Assembly (NCBI GenBank): GCA_963733055.1
Contig: CAVTBR010000001.1
Coordinates: 480,001-544,000, forward strand
DNA from: Candidatus Bathyarchaeota archaeon
GTDB taxonomy: Archaea > Thermoproteota > Bathyarchaeia > 40CM-2-53-6
Direction of reading: 5' to 3'
DNA length: 64,000 nt
This document shows positions 30,852-41,116 of the stretch, one piece after another (position 1 is the stretch's first letter; each line of letters starts with the position of its first letter). The position numbers were made by a program, and so were the translations under genes. The notes beneath the pieces were generated by a model. That model did no database searches. It was not told the DNA's origin and saw only the letters and a program-made list of their open reading frames with translations.

Positions 30852-31631
30852 ATGAAACGAGGACTTGTTGGAGCAATGACAACTAGGAAATTTGGATGGA
30901 TCCCAGACGATCCGGACCCACGCGATCATGCATACGAGGCGCCACCCGAAATCCTCACAACACTCCCACCGAGTGTTGACCTCAGACCGCAGTGCCCCCC
31001 AGTTTATGATCAGAGTGACCTTAACAGCTGCACTGCGAATGCGATTGCCGCGGCCGTGCAATTTGATCTAATGAAACAGAAGCAAGAGAACTTCATGCCG
31101 TCCCGCCTTTTTCTATATTACAATGAACGAGTCATGGCGGGCACTGCGAACGAAGATTCAGGCGCCCCTCTCCGTGATGGAATAAAAACCGTGGCAAGAG
31201 CAGGCGATTGTCCCGAGTCCCTGTGGCCATACGACCATACAAAATTCGCTGAGAAGCCTCACGAGGCTTGCTATACTCAGGCCAAGAAGTATAGGGCGGT
31301 ACAGTACAAGCGGTTGAACCGTAAGGCCGAGCAACTCAAGGGTTGTCTCGCTTCCGGGTACCCATTCATCTTCGGAATCCAAGCACACGCAAGCTTGCAA
31401 AGCCCAGAAGTTGCGAAGACTGGGCATGAGTCGATACCGAAGCAGGGAGATAAACCGATAGGGGGTCACGCCGTGCTCGCGGTCGGGTACGACGACTCAA
31501 ACCAGTGGTTCATCGTAAGAAACTCGTGGGGCGATTCGTGGGGAATGAACGGATACTTCACTCTCCCCTACGCTTACGTTCTCGACCAGAACTTGGCCCT
31601 TGATTTCTGGACGTTACGGGTGATCACGTAA
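30852..31631 (+). CDS. C1A papain-family cysteine peptidase (xylellain-like)
   Basis: GWIPDDPDPRD, VDLR, Q..LNSCTANA, GHAV, RNSWG. Confidence 0.92.
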   Translation: MKRGLVGAMTTRKFGWIPDDPDPRDHAYEAPPEILTTLPPSVDLRPQCPPVYDQSDLNSCTANAIAAAVQFDLMKQKQENFMPSRLFLYYNERVMAGTANEDSGAPLRDGIKTVARAGDCPESLWPYDHTKFAEKPHEACYTQAKKYRAVQYKRLNRKAEQLKGCLASGYPFIFGIQAHASLQSPEVAKTGHESIPKQGDKPIGGHAVLAVGYDDSNQWFIVRNSWGDSWGMNGYFTLPYAYVLDQNLALDFWTLRVIT

Positions 31632-32268
31632 CGTGTTGTACTTTTACACCTTTAATCAGAAGCCATGATAGAAATGTTACTTCGCCGATAAATGTGAAAA
31701 CGGCAATTGTTGGATTATAGGTCGGGAAGAGAAATTTGCCAAAACTATCTATCACATAGCCAAAACCTGCAACGATCAACAAGATTCCCAAGATTCTTGG
31801 GATATAGCGTGACTTGTAGGCTAGATATCCGAGCGGAAATAACCAAAGGCCGAAAAATATTTGGGCGATGAAGAGTCCGTATCCAAATTGAGAGATGTAG
31901 AACATTATTTGAGAATAGTTGGCTGTGCTCAAGAGGGTGAGGACGGCGAATTGGTTTAGTTGATTGAGCATTGCGATAGGAACGACCATGAGGCCTAATA
32001 CAGCCATAAGCATGGAATATTTTTTGTTAAATGTCTTGAATAACTCGTATAGAGCGAGGGTCATCAATATCTGGAATATTTGTCCAATTAGGTCACTTAC
32101 AATGCCGACGCGGAATAGCATTTCAGAAGCTGTTATGTTGTTGACTGTGGCTGCGGCGTTTCCGGGCATAATAAGACTTGAGCGAACGTATAGTGCAAAG
32201 CCAGTGAATATAGCATTGAGAAGGTACAGTAACCCCGCAACTCGAGCAGCCTTTTTGTCTGGATCCAT
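31624..32268 (-). CDS. DUF4386-like membrane protein
   Basis: ARVAGLLYL, IFFGLWLFPLGYL..KS..IPRILG, GE..WLLIKG. Confidence 0.75.
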   Translation of the reverse strand: MDPDKKAARVAGLLYLLNAIFTGFALYVRSSLIMPGNAAATVNNITASEMLFRVGIVSDLIGQIFQILMTLALYELFKTFNKKYSMLMAVLGLMVVPIAMLNQLNQFAVLTLLSTANYSQIMFYISQFGYGLFIAQIFFGLWLFPLGYLAYKSRYIPRILGILLIVAGFGYVIDSFGKFLFPTYNPTIAVFTFIGEVTFLSWLLIKGVKVQHVT

Positions 32269-32485
32269 TCTATTCTTTCCCTTTTTCTTTCATAACTATT
32301 AGCACTTCTTTCAGCCACGATTAGCCTAAGCATTTAGCGTTAATCGAGGGAGGCAGGTTCTCTTAGATGTTGTAAGAAAAAGTGTTGTCTATGGATGTTC
32401 TCTTGAGACATTTCTGATAGAAGTTGTTTAATCTTCAGAATTTCATACTCTGAATCTGCACAGAATCAGCTAGTCGCATGGAACT

Positions 32486-33415
32486 TTACCGAGCTACCGC
32501 CGTTTCCTGCTCGGCCATGGTTGTGAGCTCCTTTAGTTCAGTTGCGAGACTCTTTCTTATTGCCTGGTCCAGAGGGTAATATGGTGCTCTCGGAGGACCA
32601 GCCTTGAAGCCGCCCAGTTCTGCGCATGCTTTCAACCACGCCACCTCGTTTTCACCTGTAATGTTCCTGAATAGTTCCGTGAACTTGACATGAAACGGAA
32701 CGGCCCTTTCGAGATCCCGCTTCATGCAAGCGTTGAAGAATGCTAGAGTCCCTTTTGGCGTTCCGGGACCTACTACAGACACAATACTGTTACCACCGAC
32801 CATTGTGTCCCCGAGGAGCCAATTCTCTCCTCCTGAGAACACATTGATACGTCTAGAAATATGACTGACCACTCGTGTCCTGTGAACGACTTCTCCGTTA
32901 GATTCCTTCACAGCCTTGATCCTTTCGAGCCCCATCAGTCTGTCCCAAAATTCAGGCGTCATATTGAAACGAAACGAGGATGGATTGTTGTAAACCATTA
33001 TCTGAATCTCATCTGCGGCATCGTTCACCTGACGATAATGCTCATAGGCGGCTTCGATGGTGCAGGGAATCAGGTATGGCGGGCCCATCATAACTCCATC
33101 GCCGCCCGCATCTTCGACATATTTCGTACGCCTTATGCACTCAGCGGTATTGTGGAATGTGGTTCCGAAAACGCATGCAATCTTCTGAGTCACATCGACT
33201 GCGGTGTCAACAACTTTTCTGAACTCTTCGTCGCTTGGAGCATAAAATTCGCCCATACACCCAAAAGCCAAGTAACCTTGAAACCCTGCCTCCTCATAGG
33301 CAGCAATATTGCTCCTGAGACCATCCAAGTCTAGTTCTTGGTTGCTCCTGACGACAAACGGCATCAATGGAAAAACTCCTTTGAGTGCTTTTCTTGGCAT
33401 TTTCTCTTGCCTCAC
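32486..33415 (-). CDS. Dihydrodipicolinate synthase/NAL family aldolase
   Basis: GCMGEF, MVYNNP, AVKES; variant substrate-binding motif. Confidence 0.85.
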   Translation of the reverse strand: MRQEKMPRKALKGVFPLMPFVVRSNQELDLDGLRSNIAAYEEAGFQGYLAFGCMGEFYAPSDEEFRKVVDTAVDVTQKIACVFGTTFHNTAECIRRTKYVEDAGGDGVMMGPPYLIPCTIEAAYEHYRQVNDAADEIQIMVYNNPSSFRFNMTPEFWDRLMGLERIKAVKESNGEVVHRTRVVSHISRRINVFSGGENWLLGDTMVGGNSIVSVVGPGTPKGTLAFFNACMKRDLERAVPFHVKFTELFRNITGENEVAWLKACAELGGFKAGPPRAPYYPLDQAIRKSLATELKELTTMAEQETAVAR

Positions 33416-33639
33416 ATGGTTGGAAGCCTTGTTCTTCTGTTATGCTTGCTGAGCTGGCAGTTTATGTGTACCGGTAGGTTGGGGTCCGAATTCTCCACTT
33501 CACCTTCTATGACTTAGACCGCGTAGTTCTTTGTCGCTGTGGTGGTGAGGTTGCGCACCCGAATCGGGAATTCACCTGATTCCCTCGATCGGCCTGAATG
33601 CGAAATTCTTATCGAAAACATCTCTAGTCTCTTTGAGCC

Positions 33640-33990
33640 ATGCCAATTCCTGTTGCTGAGGCAAGAAAGTTTCGGGTTGCTACGTTATCCCAGAAGAAAT
33701 TCAAGTCGCCCGATTTCATGATTAAGCCTCATATTATTGATTTTCTGGCGAAGAATAAGGGGAAAGCGTTCTCCTCGGATGAGATCTATCAAGCACTCCT
33801 TCCAGCACCATCTAAACCCGATCCAGAACCAGTGGGCTTACCAAGTGACCTCAGCGTGAAAGAGACCGATCAACTTAGAATTAGTGTTGCACGAGAAACT
33901 TTCTTCATTGTCAAACTACGAGAGTTAGCTGATAGAGGCGATATAATCGCCAGCGAGAAGGATAGGGAAACTTACTTCTATGTCGCATAG
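33640..33990 (+). CDS. Hypothetical protein (possible wHTH)
   Basis: IIDFLAKNKGKAFSSDEI..LRELADRGDI..ETYFY. Confidence 0.55.
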   Translation: MPIPVAEARKFRVATLSQKKFKSPDFMIKPHIIDFLAKNKGKAFSSDEIYQALLPAPSKPDPEPVGLPSDLSVKETDQLRISVARETFFIVKLRELADRGDIIASEKDRETYFYVA

Positions 33991-34112
33991 GCAAAGTTTC
34001 GCTTTTCTTAGTCTCTTGCTTTCCAAATCCAGAAAAATGGCGAATTGAATAGCGCCCCTTGCTACCGATAACACCTTACATTCGACGTTTACTTTGTATT
34101 AGTGAGATTAAG

Positions 34113-34661
34113 ATGAGAATTCTTGGCGTATCAGGTAGTACTCGAAAACGGTCCTTTAACACCGCGCTGTTAGAGGAAGCGAAACGCATGTTGCCGGACA
34201 ATGCGACGCTCGAAATTGCCAACGTATCCGATCTCCCACTGTACAACCAGGATTTGGAAGCTCAGCCGCCGGAAAGTGTGCGTGAATTCAAAGGAAAGAT
34301 TAGAGATGCGGACGCCGTACTTTTCGCCACGCCGGAGCATAATTTTTCCATCACAGCAGTTTTGAAGAATGCCATCGAATGGGGCAATCGGCCGGACGAT
34401 GACAATGCATGGGACGGAAAACCCGCGGCCATCATCAGCGCCTCAAGCAGCCCAAGAGGCGGAGTGAGGGCGCAGCTGCACCTCAGACAGATACTCGTCG
34501 ACCTGAACATGTACCCCATCAATGAACCAGCGCTTCTCTTGGGAGTCGCCGGACAGGCGTTTGACAGTGACTTTAGGCTGACGGATGAACGAGCAAGAAA
34601 GAATTTGAAGGCTGTGCTAGAGGCGCTCATTGCTTGGACAACGAAGATTCAAGGTAACTGA
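34113..34661 (+). CDS. NADPH-dependent FMN reductase
   Basis: GSTRKRSFN, LPLYNQD, TPEHN, LKNAIEW, GGVRAQLHLRQ. Confidence 0.92.
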   Translation: MRILGVSGSTRKRSFNTALLEEAKRMLPDNATLEIANVSDLPLYNQDLEAQPPESVREFKGKIRDADAVLFATPEHNFSITAVLKNAIEWGNRPDDDNAWDGKPAAIISASSSPRGGVRAQLHLRQILVDLNMYPINEPALLLGVAGQAFDSDFRLTDERARKNLKAVLEALIAWTTKIQGN

Positions 34662-34686
34662 ATCTGCTACGACACGAAATTCTCCT

Positions 34687-35448
34687 TTAGGTGTACGCGG
34701 TCGGTACTCGTTGAGATAGTCTCTCTGACCGGAGCTTTCTCGACTTATCAATGTCCACGTCTGCCACGATAACAGCCTCTCCGCTTCCGGCCGACGCGAC
34801 AACTCTAGGCAAGATCACGGGGCCGGCAGTTTCCTGGAGGTCGATAATTATGCTTCCTCCCATGTATCGAGGAGGATGAAGAATGTTCGGGGCTATGATT
34901 GGAAGGCGATTTTCTAAGGCACGGGCTCTCAAATACAAAAGCCAGGGATCGAGGCCTTCCGAGACAATTCTCGAGGGAACGAAAAGCATGTCCGCTCCCT
35001 GTAAGGTCAGAGTTCTCGCGGCTTCAGGAAAGACATTGTCATAGCATATTGTGATTCCTACATTGCCGAATGGCGTTTGAAGAACATTGTACTTTCCGCC
35101 CGGAACCGCGACTGATCGTTCATCACGGAAGAGATGAACCTTATCCTGCCATCCAAGGATTATCCCATTCGAGTCGATGATAGTGCTTCGTACATTAGCC
35201 TTGGATTGATTGGGAACATAATTTGCTCCCGTGATTACGAATATTCGCTCTCCCTTTGCCGTCTCGGCTAGCCTCTCGTCAGAATCAGCTGATTCCTTCC
35301 AGAATTCAAGGAGCCAGTGTTCAGGAAGACATACGATTTGGGCCTTAGCTTTCGATGCTTCTCGTATGAGGACCTGGGCGGCTTCCATTGTCTTCTCGTA
35401 AGATCCCTTGCCTAAGCGTAATTGTGCAGCAGCTACTCGGCATGGCAT
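34687..35448 (-). CDS. Carbon-nitrogen hydrolase (nitrilase family)
   Basis: LPE, KVHLF, ICYD..FPE, RARALEN. Confidence 0.9.
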   Translation of the reverse strand: MPCRVAAAQLRLGKGSYEKTMEAAQVLIREASKAKAQIVCLPEHWLLEFWKESADSDERLAETAKGERIFVITGANYVPNQSKANVRSTIIDSNGIILGWQDKVHLFRDERSVAVPGGKYNVLQTPFGNVGITICYDNVFPEAARTLTLQGADMLFVPSRIVSEGLDPWLLYLRARALENRLPIIAPNILHPPRYMGGSIIIDLQETAGPVILPRVVASAGSGEAVIVADVDIDKSRKLRSERLSQRVPTAYT

Positions 35449-35458
35449 CCAACTGCAG

Positions 35459-36712
35459 CTACCTAACGCGATTGTTCCGTGTGAGCTTCTCGGAAACTTC
35501 GTCAAGAATCTGTTTAGCGATGACGCGCTTCGTATTTCTTTGAAGAACCTTTGCTTTTCCCTGAACGTCGATTAGGGTTACTTCGTTGAAATCCGATCCG
35601 AAACCTATGTCCCGACGCCCCACGTCATTTACTGCAATCAGGTCTGCCGATGCCTTTTGAAGCCGCTCGTACGCATCCGAAATCAGCCCATCCCTGGATA
35701 GCCCGGATTGTGCTCGAAACGCTAGCAGGAAGGTGTTTGGACTAACTCCTTTGATATTATCGATTATCTTTGGCGTTGCTTTCAATTGGAGGGTTATTTG
35801 TGAATGGTCTGTGGTCGCGATCTTTCTGTCACTCGCAATCGGTGCGTAGTCTGCTGGCGCGGCGGTTGCGATTATGAGATAATAATTGGTTGACTGCAGT
35901 TCTTTCATAACTTCATCGTACATTTCCTTGCTCGATTTCACTGAGATTGCCTTTGCATGAGTTGGGAGAGGGATTGAAACGGGGCCGTGGATGATAGTGA
36001 CTGAGGCGCCGCGTTTCTGCGCTTCGAACGCGAGGGCGCTACCCATCTTTCCGCTGCTTGGATTAGTGATGATTCTAACAGGATCTATCTGTTCGATCGT
36101 TGGTCCAAGGGTTATCAGGACGCTTCGGCCGACGTAATCTTGCTTGGGTAATGCCTCAATTACTGCTTGTAAAATGTTTTCGGGGGAAGCGAGTTTCGCC
36201 TTTTTTTCTTCTTGAGTCGGTTCCACGAAAATGACGCCTAGTTCGGTTAACTTGCGGATGTTCTCTTGTACAATGGGTTGGGCGTACATTGTGTCGTGCA
36301 TGGCGGGGGCGATCACGATTGGTATACCGGCGCCTAACGCTGAGGAGACGAATGACGTGATAACCGTGTCATCAATCCCTGAAGCGATCTTGCTGACTGA
36401 GTTGGCGGTGCAGGGAGCTATCAGTAACACGTCAACCCTGGAGCTTCCGGTCGTATAGTGTACGTGCTCAATCTTCCCAGTCAGTTTGGTTACGACGGGG
36501 TTTCCGGTAGCCCATTCAAGCAGGTTCGGGTGAATGATCTGTTCAGCCATGTCGGACATTACTGGGTATACTTCGGCGCCATGGCGCATTAACAACCTGG
36601 CCACATCAGGTGAACGGTAGGCTGCTACGCTTCCAGTAACTCCAAGCAGGATTCTCCGTCCGCTTAGTTCGTTGCCATCCGTGCCGACTATATCGCGGAA
36701 GGTATCACTCAT
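35459..36712 (-). CDS. coaBC: Bifunctional phosphopantothenoylcysteine decarboxylase/synthetase
   Basis: GVTGSVAAY, APCTAN, APAMH, IDPVRIITNPSSGKMG. Confidence 0.95.
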   Translation of the reverse strand: MSDTFRDIVGTDGNELSGRRILLGVTGSVAAYRSPDVARLLMRHGAEVYPVMSDMAEQIIHPNLLEWATGNPVVTKLTGKIEHVHYTTGSSRVDVLLIAPCTANSVSKIASGIDDTVITSFVSSALGAGIPIVIAPAMHDTMYAQPIVQENIRKLTELGVIFVEPTQEEKKAKLASPENILQAVIEALPKQDYVGRSVLITLGPTIEQIDPVRIITNPSSGKMGSALAFEAQKRGASVTIIHGPVSIPLPTHAKAISVKSSKEMYDEVMKELQSTNYYLIIATAAPADYAPIASDRKIATTDHSQITLQLKATPKIIDNIKGVSPNTFLLAFRAQSGLSRDGLISDAYERLQKASADLIAVNDVGRRDIGFGSDFNEVTLIDVQGKAKVLQRNTKRVIAKQILDEVSEKLTRNNRVR

Positions 36713-36851
36713 GAATCTGCACCATTAACATGGTAATCGAAGTGTTCACCACAGAAACGCAACCTGGTGACATTTAATCGCAACCTTAGTGAGGGGGAGT
36801 TGGAACCAGCTAATTGAGAGTTAATGTCCCCATACAAGACTGTGCGCCTCT

Positions 36852-37190
36852 TTACTGGGGTAACTGGTCCGTTTTTGCTGCCATAATGAAGTCGTTCCTA
36901 TGTAACCCTTTGATCTTATGCGTCCACCACGAGACGGTGACTCTTCCCCACTCAGTGAGAATTGCTGGGTGATGCCCCTCTGCCTCCGCGAGTCCGCCAA
37001 CTTGATTGGTGAACTCCAGGGCTCCTGTGAAGTTCTTGAAGTTGAAAACGCGCTCTAGGCGTTTGATGTGATCTATCTCCAGGATTTCCCATTCGGACAC
37101 TTGGAGGCGCAGCTCTGCGATCTCGTCTTCGGTCGCTGTGGGCTCCCCTCCGCGGCAGGCGACACATTTCATCTCAGTCAAAGACGCCAT
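36852..37190 (-). CDS. phhB: Pterin-4a-carbinolamine dehydratase
   Basis: [31 protein letters not shown]. Confidence 0.92.
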   Translation of the reverse strand: MASLTEMKCVACRGGEPTATEDEIAELRLQVSEWEILEIDHIKRLERVFNFKNFTGALEFTNQVGGLAEAEGHHPAILTEWGRVTVSWWTHKIKGLHRNDFIMAAKTDQLPQ

Positions 37191-37304
37191 CGTGATTCCT
37201 TCAACCCCAGAAAGCCATTCTCCCTCTCTAACCTTACGTTTCGAGCGCGCCGAACCTCAGATTGGAATCAAGTATTTTGGGAATGTGCCCACACATATTT
37301 CGGA

Positions 37305-37323
37305 CGCGCCATTAGACACACAC
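37305..37323 (-). repeat. Intergenic GTGTGTG-palindrome family, partial copy
   Basis: Reverse strand GTGTGTGTCTAATGGCGCG. Confidence 0.5.
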
Positions 37324-37339
37324 TGAGAAACAGGGGGCT

Positions 37340-38041
37340 TTACTTCGTCAGTGTTGCGTGTGGTCCATCTAACTTGACGTATCGCCAAGAACCATCAAAC
37401 TGCCCTGCTTTGAAGGCCCTGACACGCAACCTCGTCCGTGGTTTACCCTCTGAATCGTCGAACTTGACATCAATTACTCCGTCGCACATGTCTTCTAGAC
37501 TCTTGTAAAATGCTGCGGAATGAACTCCGCTTACGAACGCACTGAAAGAAATTCGATCATGTAGCTTGACCCTCGGTATTACGCGGGTTGCGTACCAATC
37601 CAGAAAAGCCTTCTCCTCGTTATATCGCAAAGCGATGGTACCGTTGTCGCTGAAGCCCACGTCGTTTCTTGTTGGATTCTCATCTTTCGTCATCTTCAAA
37701 AAGTAGAGACTCATGTCGGCAACTTTGAGGGAGTCGAAAGCCAATTTCTCTTTAGACTTAATCCCCAGGGTGGCGGAGTATCCGTCATAGAGGTGGAATT
37801 TTCCCTTCGCTTCAAGCGCATCGACATCCGTTCCCAGCGCCTTCAACTCCTGTCTAACTTGATCCGGGAATCGGGTGTAGTCAAAGAAGCTCACGACCTG
37901 ACCTGCGCTCAGAAGGTCATGAACTGTTGATTCAAGAATTTGGTAATAGTTCGAGTCAGGGTCATATTCGATAAGGACCGCAGTTCGATAGGGAACCCCC
38001 GCTGGTATTAGGTCGGCGAGTATGGGTATTCGGACGCTCAT
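37340..38041 (-). CDS. KaiC/RAD55-like protein lacking Walker A (paralogue 1)
   Basis: GVPYRTAVLIEYDPDS in place of the P-loop; DGVIDV..RLRVR C-terminus. Confidence 0.75.
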   Translation of the reverse strand: MSVRIPILADLIPAGVPYRTAVLIEYDPDSNYYQILESTVHDLLSAGQVVSFFDYTRFPDQVRQELKALGTDVDALEAKGKFHLYDGYSATLGIKSKEKLAFDSLKVADMSLYFLKMTKDENPTRNDVGFSDNGTIALRYNEEKAFLDWYATRVIPRVKLHDRISFSAFVSGVHSAAFYKSLEDMCDGVIDVKFDDSEGKPRTRLRVRAFKAGQFDGSWRYVKLDGPHATLTK

Positions 38042-38131
38042 AAGATTCTTGTAAAATCATGTTGGAACCCGCACAAATAGATTTCAGTAATCAGGGGACG
38101 CAGAAATCTGAACCGTCGTGGCTCGTCGTCA

Positions 38132-38159
38132 GAGTGGGTCAAGTAGGACGCACACACAC
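38132..38159 (+). repeat. Intergenic palindrome family, degenerate copy
   Basis: GAGTGGGTCAAGTAGGACGCACACACAC. Confidence 0.55.
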
Positions 38160-38204
38160 GAAAACTACAAATCTACTAGAACATAGGATTCTCATGTGTT
38201 CTAA

Positions 38205-38936
38205 TTGCCAAGGATGCCGTTAATCGAAGATTTGACTAAGGGGCCTGTACCCCCTGGATCGAATATTCTCGCTGAGTTTGATCCAGCCTCTCAATGGTAC
38301 AATACATCACTCACAATCGCGGCGGGATGGATAAGGAGTGGCGGCGTAGCCAGCTACAACGTGTACGACCACCCGCCTGATAACGTCAGGTTGCAGCTCA
38401 AACACCTCGGACTAGACACCGAGAGATTAGAAAAAGAGGAGAAATTTAGGATCGTAGATTGGTATACTTTCCAGCTAGGTCAGAAATCCAAAGAGAAATA
38501 TGCGAACGATTCCTTGAAAGTCGCGGACCTGAGCCTATTTTACTCTAGAACAGTGATTACCGCTACCCGCTCACCTTACCCCGGCACCCGATACCAATTG
38601 GGACCTGACGTCCTCAGAATCGCAGATGACGAGATGGTTGTCCTAAGATTCAACGACGAGAAAAGCTTCATCGACCTCTGGCGAACGCGAGAGATTCCAA
38701 CTGCGCCTGCGACGAAGTCGACGCAAATCTTGGGTGCGGTTAAGGGAGTTCATTCCGAGCACATCTACAAGAATCTGGAAGCCTCAGTTGACGGTATCAT
38801 TGACCTCAAGATTGACGAAGAGGAGGGTGAGGTAAAGAACCTGATGCGGATTAGGAATATGCGAAGCGTAGGTTATGACTCTCGCTGGCATCGTCTGAAG
38901 ATCGACGAGAACTTCGAAGTCACGTTAGAGAAGTAA
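38205..38936 (+). CDS. KaiC/RAD55-like protein lacking Walker A (paralogue 2)
   Basis: PPGSNILAEFDPASQWY; DGIIDL..MRIRNMR..DSRW. Confidence 0.78.
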   Translation: MPRMPLIEDLTKGPVPPGSNILAEFDPASQWYNTSLTIAAGWIRSGGVASYNVYDHPPDNVRLQLKHLGLDTERLEKEEKFRIVDWYTFQLGQKSKEKYANDSLKVADLSLFYSRTVITATRSPYPGTRYQLGPDVLRIADDEMVVLRFNDEKSFIDLWRTREIPTAPATKSTQILGAVKGVHSEHIYKNLEASVDGIIDLKIDEEEGEVKNLMRIRNMRSVGYDSRWHRLKIDENFEVTLEK

Positions 38937-38957
38937 CCATTCACCAGTCCCCTTTCG

Positions 38958-38980
38958 GTGTGTGTGGGTCTAGTGGTGCG
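38958..38980 (+). repeat. Intergenic palindrome family, left arm plus core
   Basis: GTGTGTGTGGGTCTAGTGGTGCG. Confidence 0.65.
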
Positions 38981-39082
38981 AACGACCAGATTTGAACCCG
39001 GTTGAATGTGCCCGGTAAATTGCGGTCAGGATCGGTTGGCAGGATTTCAGAGTGAAGTTGGACCGCGCGTTCGTTCGGCTGT

Positions 39083-39661
39083 TCAGCTGTATGTCTTTAC
39101 GAGGGTTTCGAGTTTCTGGGTGGCTTGTGTGGTTACGGCTTTCTTCAGGTCGTTTCCCTGATGGTCCTGGGTTACTAGTACTGGTCCGAAGTCTTTTACT
39201 TCCCATATCCAAACGAGTTCCGTTGGGCCAAGTTGTTCAAGCAATCGTTTCTTCACTCGTACGATCTTTGAGACGGCTAGGGCGGAGGCTCCGCCGGTGA
39301 ATTCGGAGTAGACGGCGCCGAATGTTTCCAGCCCCTTCTTCCCTTTCTCTCCTAGACCGCCTTTTCCGATGATGATTTTGGTTTGATACTTTTCTAGGAT
39401 GGGTGGGGTTAGGGCGTCCATGCGTGTGCTTGTGGTTGGGCCGCCGGCTAGGATCCTCCATTCGTCGCCGACCTTTTGTGAGATTGGGCCGCAGTGGAAG
39501 ATTGGTAGGCCGATTAGTTCTGGGAGGAATGTTTCGATTAGTTTCTTGTGGGCTTGATCTCTCGCGATTGCAATGTCGCCTGTGACATAGAGTACGTCTC
39601 CTGCACGAATGTCAACGACTCGGCTGTTGTCTTGTGGGACGTGGAGTCTTAATTCTACCAT
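39083..39661 (-). CDS. Class I fumarate hydratase/tartrate dehydratase beta subunit
   Basis: ARDQAHK, HCGP, GPTTSTRM, IGKGG. Confidence 0.92.
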   Translation of the reverse strand: MVELRLHVPQDNSRVVDIRAGDVLYVTGDIAIARDQAHKKLIETFLPELIGLPIFHCGPISQKVGDEWRILAGGPTTSTRMDALTPPILEKYQTKIIIGKGGLGEKGKKGLETFGAVYSEFTGGASALAVSKIVRVKKRLLEQLGPTELVWIWEVKDFGPVLVTQDHQGNDLKKAVTTQATQKLETLVKTYS

Positions 39662-39667
39662 TGTATC

Positions 39668-40531
39668 TCACCTTGTGATCTTGAAGTGTCCGTCGGTTAG
39701 TTCGGCTTCTGAAACTCTGTTTGCCCAGCATCCGAAAGAGATCGCTATGGGGAGGCAGGCGGTGTGGGTTCCGGCGGTTTCGATGTGAGCGTCGAGAAGG
39801 GTGGTGTCGCCCCCTAGGCCCATGGTCCCTATTCCAAGCTCGTTAGCGGCTTTCACGATGTTCGTTTCGAACTGTGCTACTTCGGGGTCGGGGTTGCGTG
39901 CGCCAATTTTTCTGAGTAATGCGAGTTTTGAGTTGACCATCGCTTGAACGGCGGATCCGCCGATTCCGATGCCTAGGATGTTGGGCGGGCAGGTTTTTCC
40001 TCCCGCGTCTATCACGGCTTGGAGAATATGCTTCATCATGTCTTGTCTGCTGGCGGTTGGGACCATCATCTTCAGGTTGGTGAAGTTCTCTGAACCAGCT
40101 CCCTTCAAAATCATCTTCATAGCAGTTTTGTCTGTAGACTTGTCTATCAGAACTTCCGGCTCGCCAAGTCCGGTGTTGGTGCCCGTGTTCTTTCTCGTGA
40201 GTGGGTTGACGACGTTCGCCCTCATACCGCCCTTAGAGGTGAGGCCCTGAATCGCCTCGCTCAAAGCGTTCTCCACCTCACCCATATGCTCGATCAAGTC
40301 CCCTGAAATGAAGAGCGTAACTAAACCCGTGTCTTGGCAGAGGGGAAGATGCCGTTCGTAACTCAGGTTAGCGCTGTTCAGGATGGCTTCGAGTTGTTTC
40401 TTGGCCAAGTCTTTTGTCTCATTCACATGAGCCTCCTTGATAGCGCCCATAATGTCCGACGGAAGCCCCATCGTAACCTGCGCGAGCATCTGATTCAATA
40501 TTGGAGGCAAATCATTTGCAGTAAATACCAT
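39668..40531 (-). CDS. Class I fumarate hydratase/tartrate dehydratase alpha subunit
   Basis: PLCQDTG, KGAGSEN, CPP..GIGIGG, GLGG, CWA. Confidence 0.92.
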   Translation of the reverse strand: MVFTANDLPPILNQMLAQVTMGLPSDIMGAIKEAHVNETKDLAKKQLEAILNSANLSYERHLPLCQDTGLVTLFISGDLIEHMGEVENALSEAIQGLTSKGGMRANVVNPLTRKNTGTNTGLGEPEVLIDKSTDKTAMKMILKGAGSENFTNLKMMVPTASRQDMMKHILQAVIDAGGKTCPPNILGIGIGGSAVQAMVNSKLALLRKIGARNPDPEVAQFETNIVKAANELGIGTMGLGGDTTLLDAHIETAGTHTACLPIAISFGCWANRVSEAELTDGHFKITR

Positions 40532-40681
40532 TCACTATCAACCGTATGCACCATGAGGAAGAGGTAACTTATGGAACGCGCTCTTACTGCCACTAGAATA
40601 TATTCTCATTAACCTGAATCAGCAGAATTAACTACGTTATCGTTTCGTATTGAGACTATCCAAAGCAAAAGAGGAATTCAT

Positions 40682-41086
40682 ATGGACATCAAAAGAAGTG
40701 GCTCACAGCCTTCAACCAAACTACCGGCCGAGTATTTCACCGGCACCGTGCGCATTGACCCCCTATTCGAAGCGCACGATCCGTCACGCGCAACCGGCCT
40801 CAGTGTCACGTTCGAACCCGGAGCCCGGACCGCATGGCACAGCCACCCGCTGGGCCAGACCCTGATCGTGACAGCTGGCTGCGGACTTGTACAGCACTGG
40901 GGAGGCAGGATCGAGGAAATTCGGCCTGGGGACGTGGTTTCGATTCCGCCGGGCGAGAAGCATTGGCACGGCGCCACGCCGACCACGGCCATGACCCACA
41001 TCGCCATTCAAGAACGGCTTGACGGCAAGACCGCCAACTGGATGGAAAAAGTCAGCGACGAACAATACCGTACCTACAAGGGTTGA
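40682..41086 (+). CDS. Cupin domain protein
   Basis: [24 protein letters not shown]. Confidence 0.92.
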   Translation: MDIKRSGSQPSTKLPAEYFTGTVRIDPLFEAHDPSRATGLSVTFEPGARTAWHSHPLGQTLIVTAGCGLVQHWGGRIEEIRPGDVVSIPPGEKHWHGATPTTAMTHIAIQERLDGKTANWMEKVSDEQYRTYKG

Positions 41087-41116
41087 GTAGCTGATAGCAG
41101 CTACCTCCTAGGCGCA

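Noticed and set aside
33538-33560. TGTGGTGGTGAGGTTGCGCACCC as an outlying repeat copy
   Set aside because: Some similarity to the 53670 copy, but it is short, lacks the central core, and could be chance.
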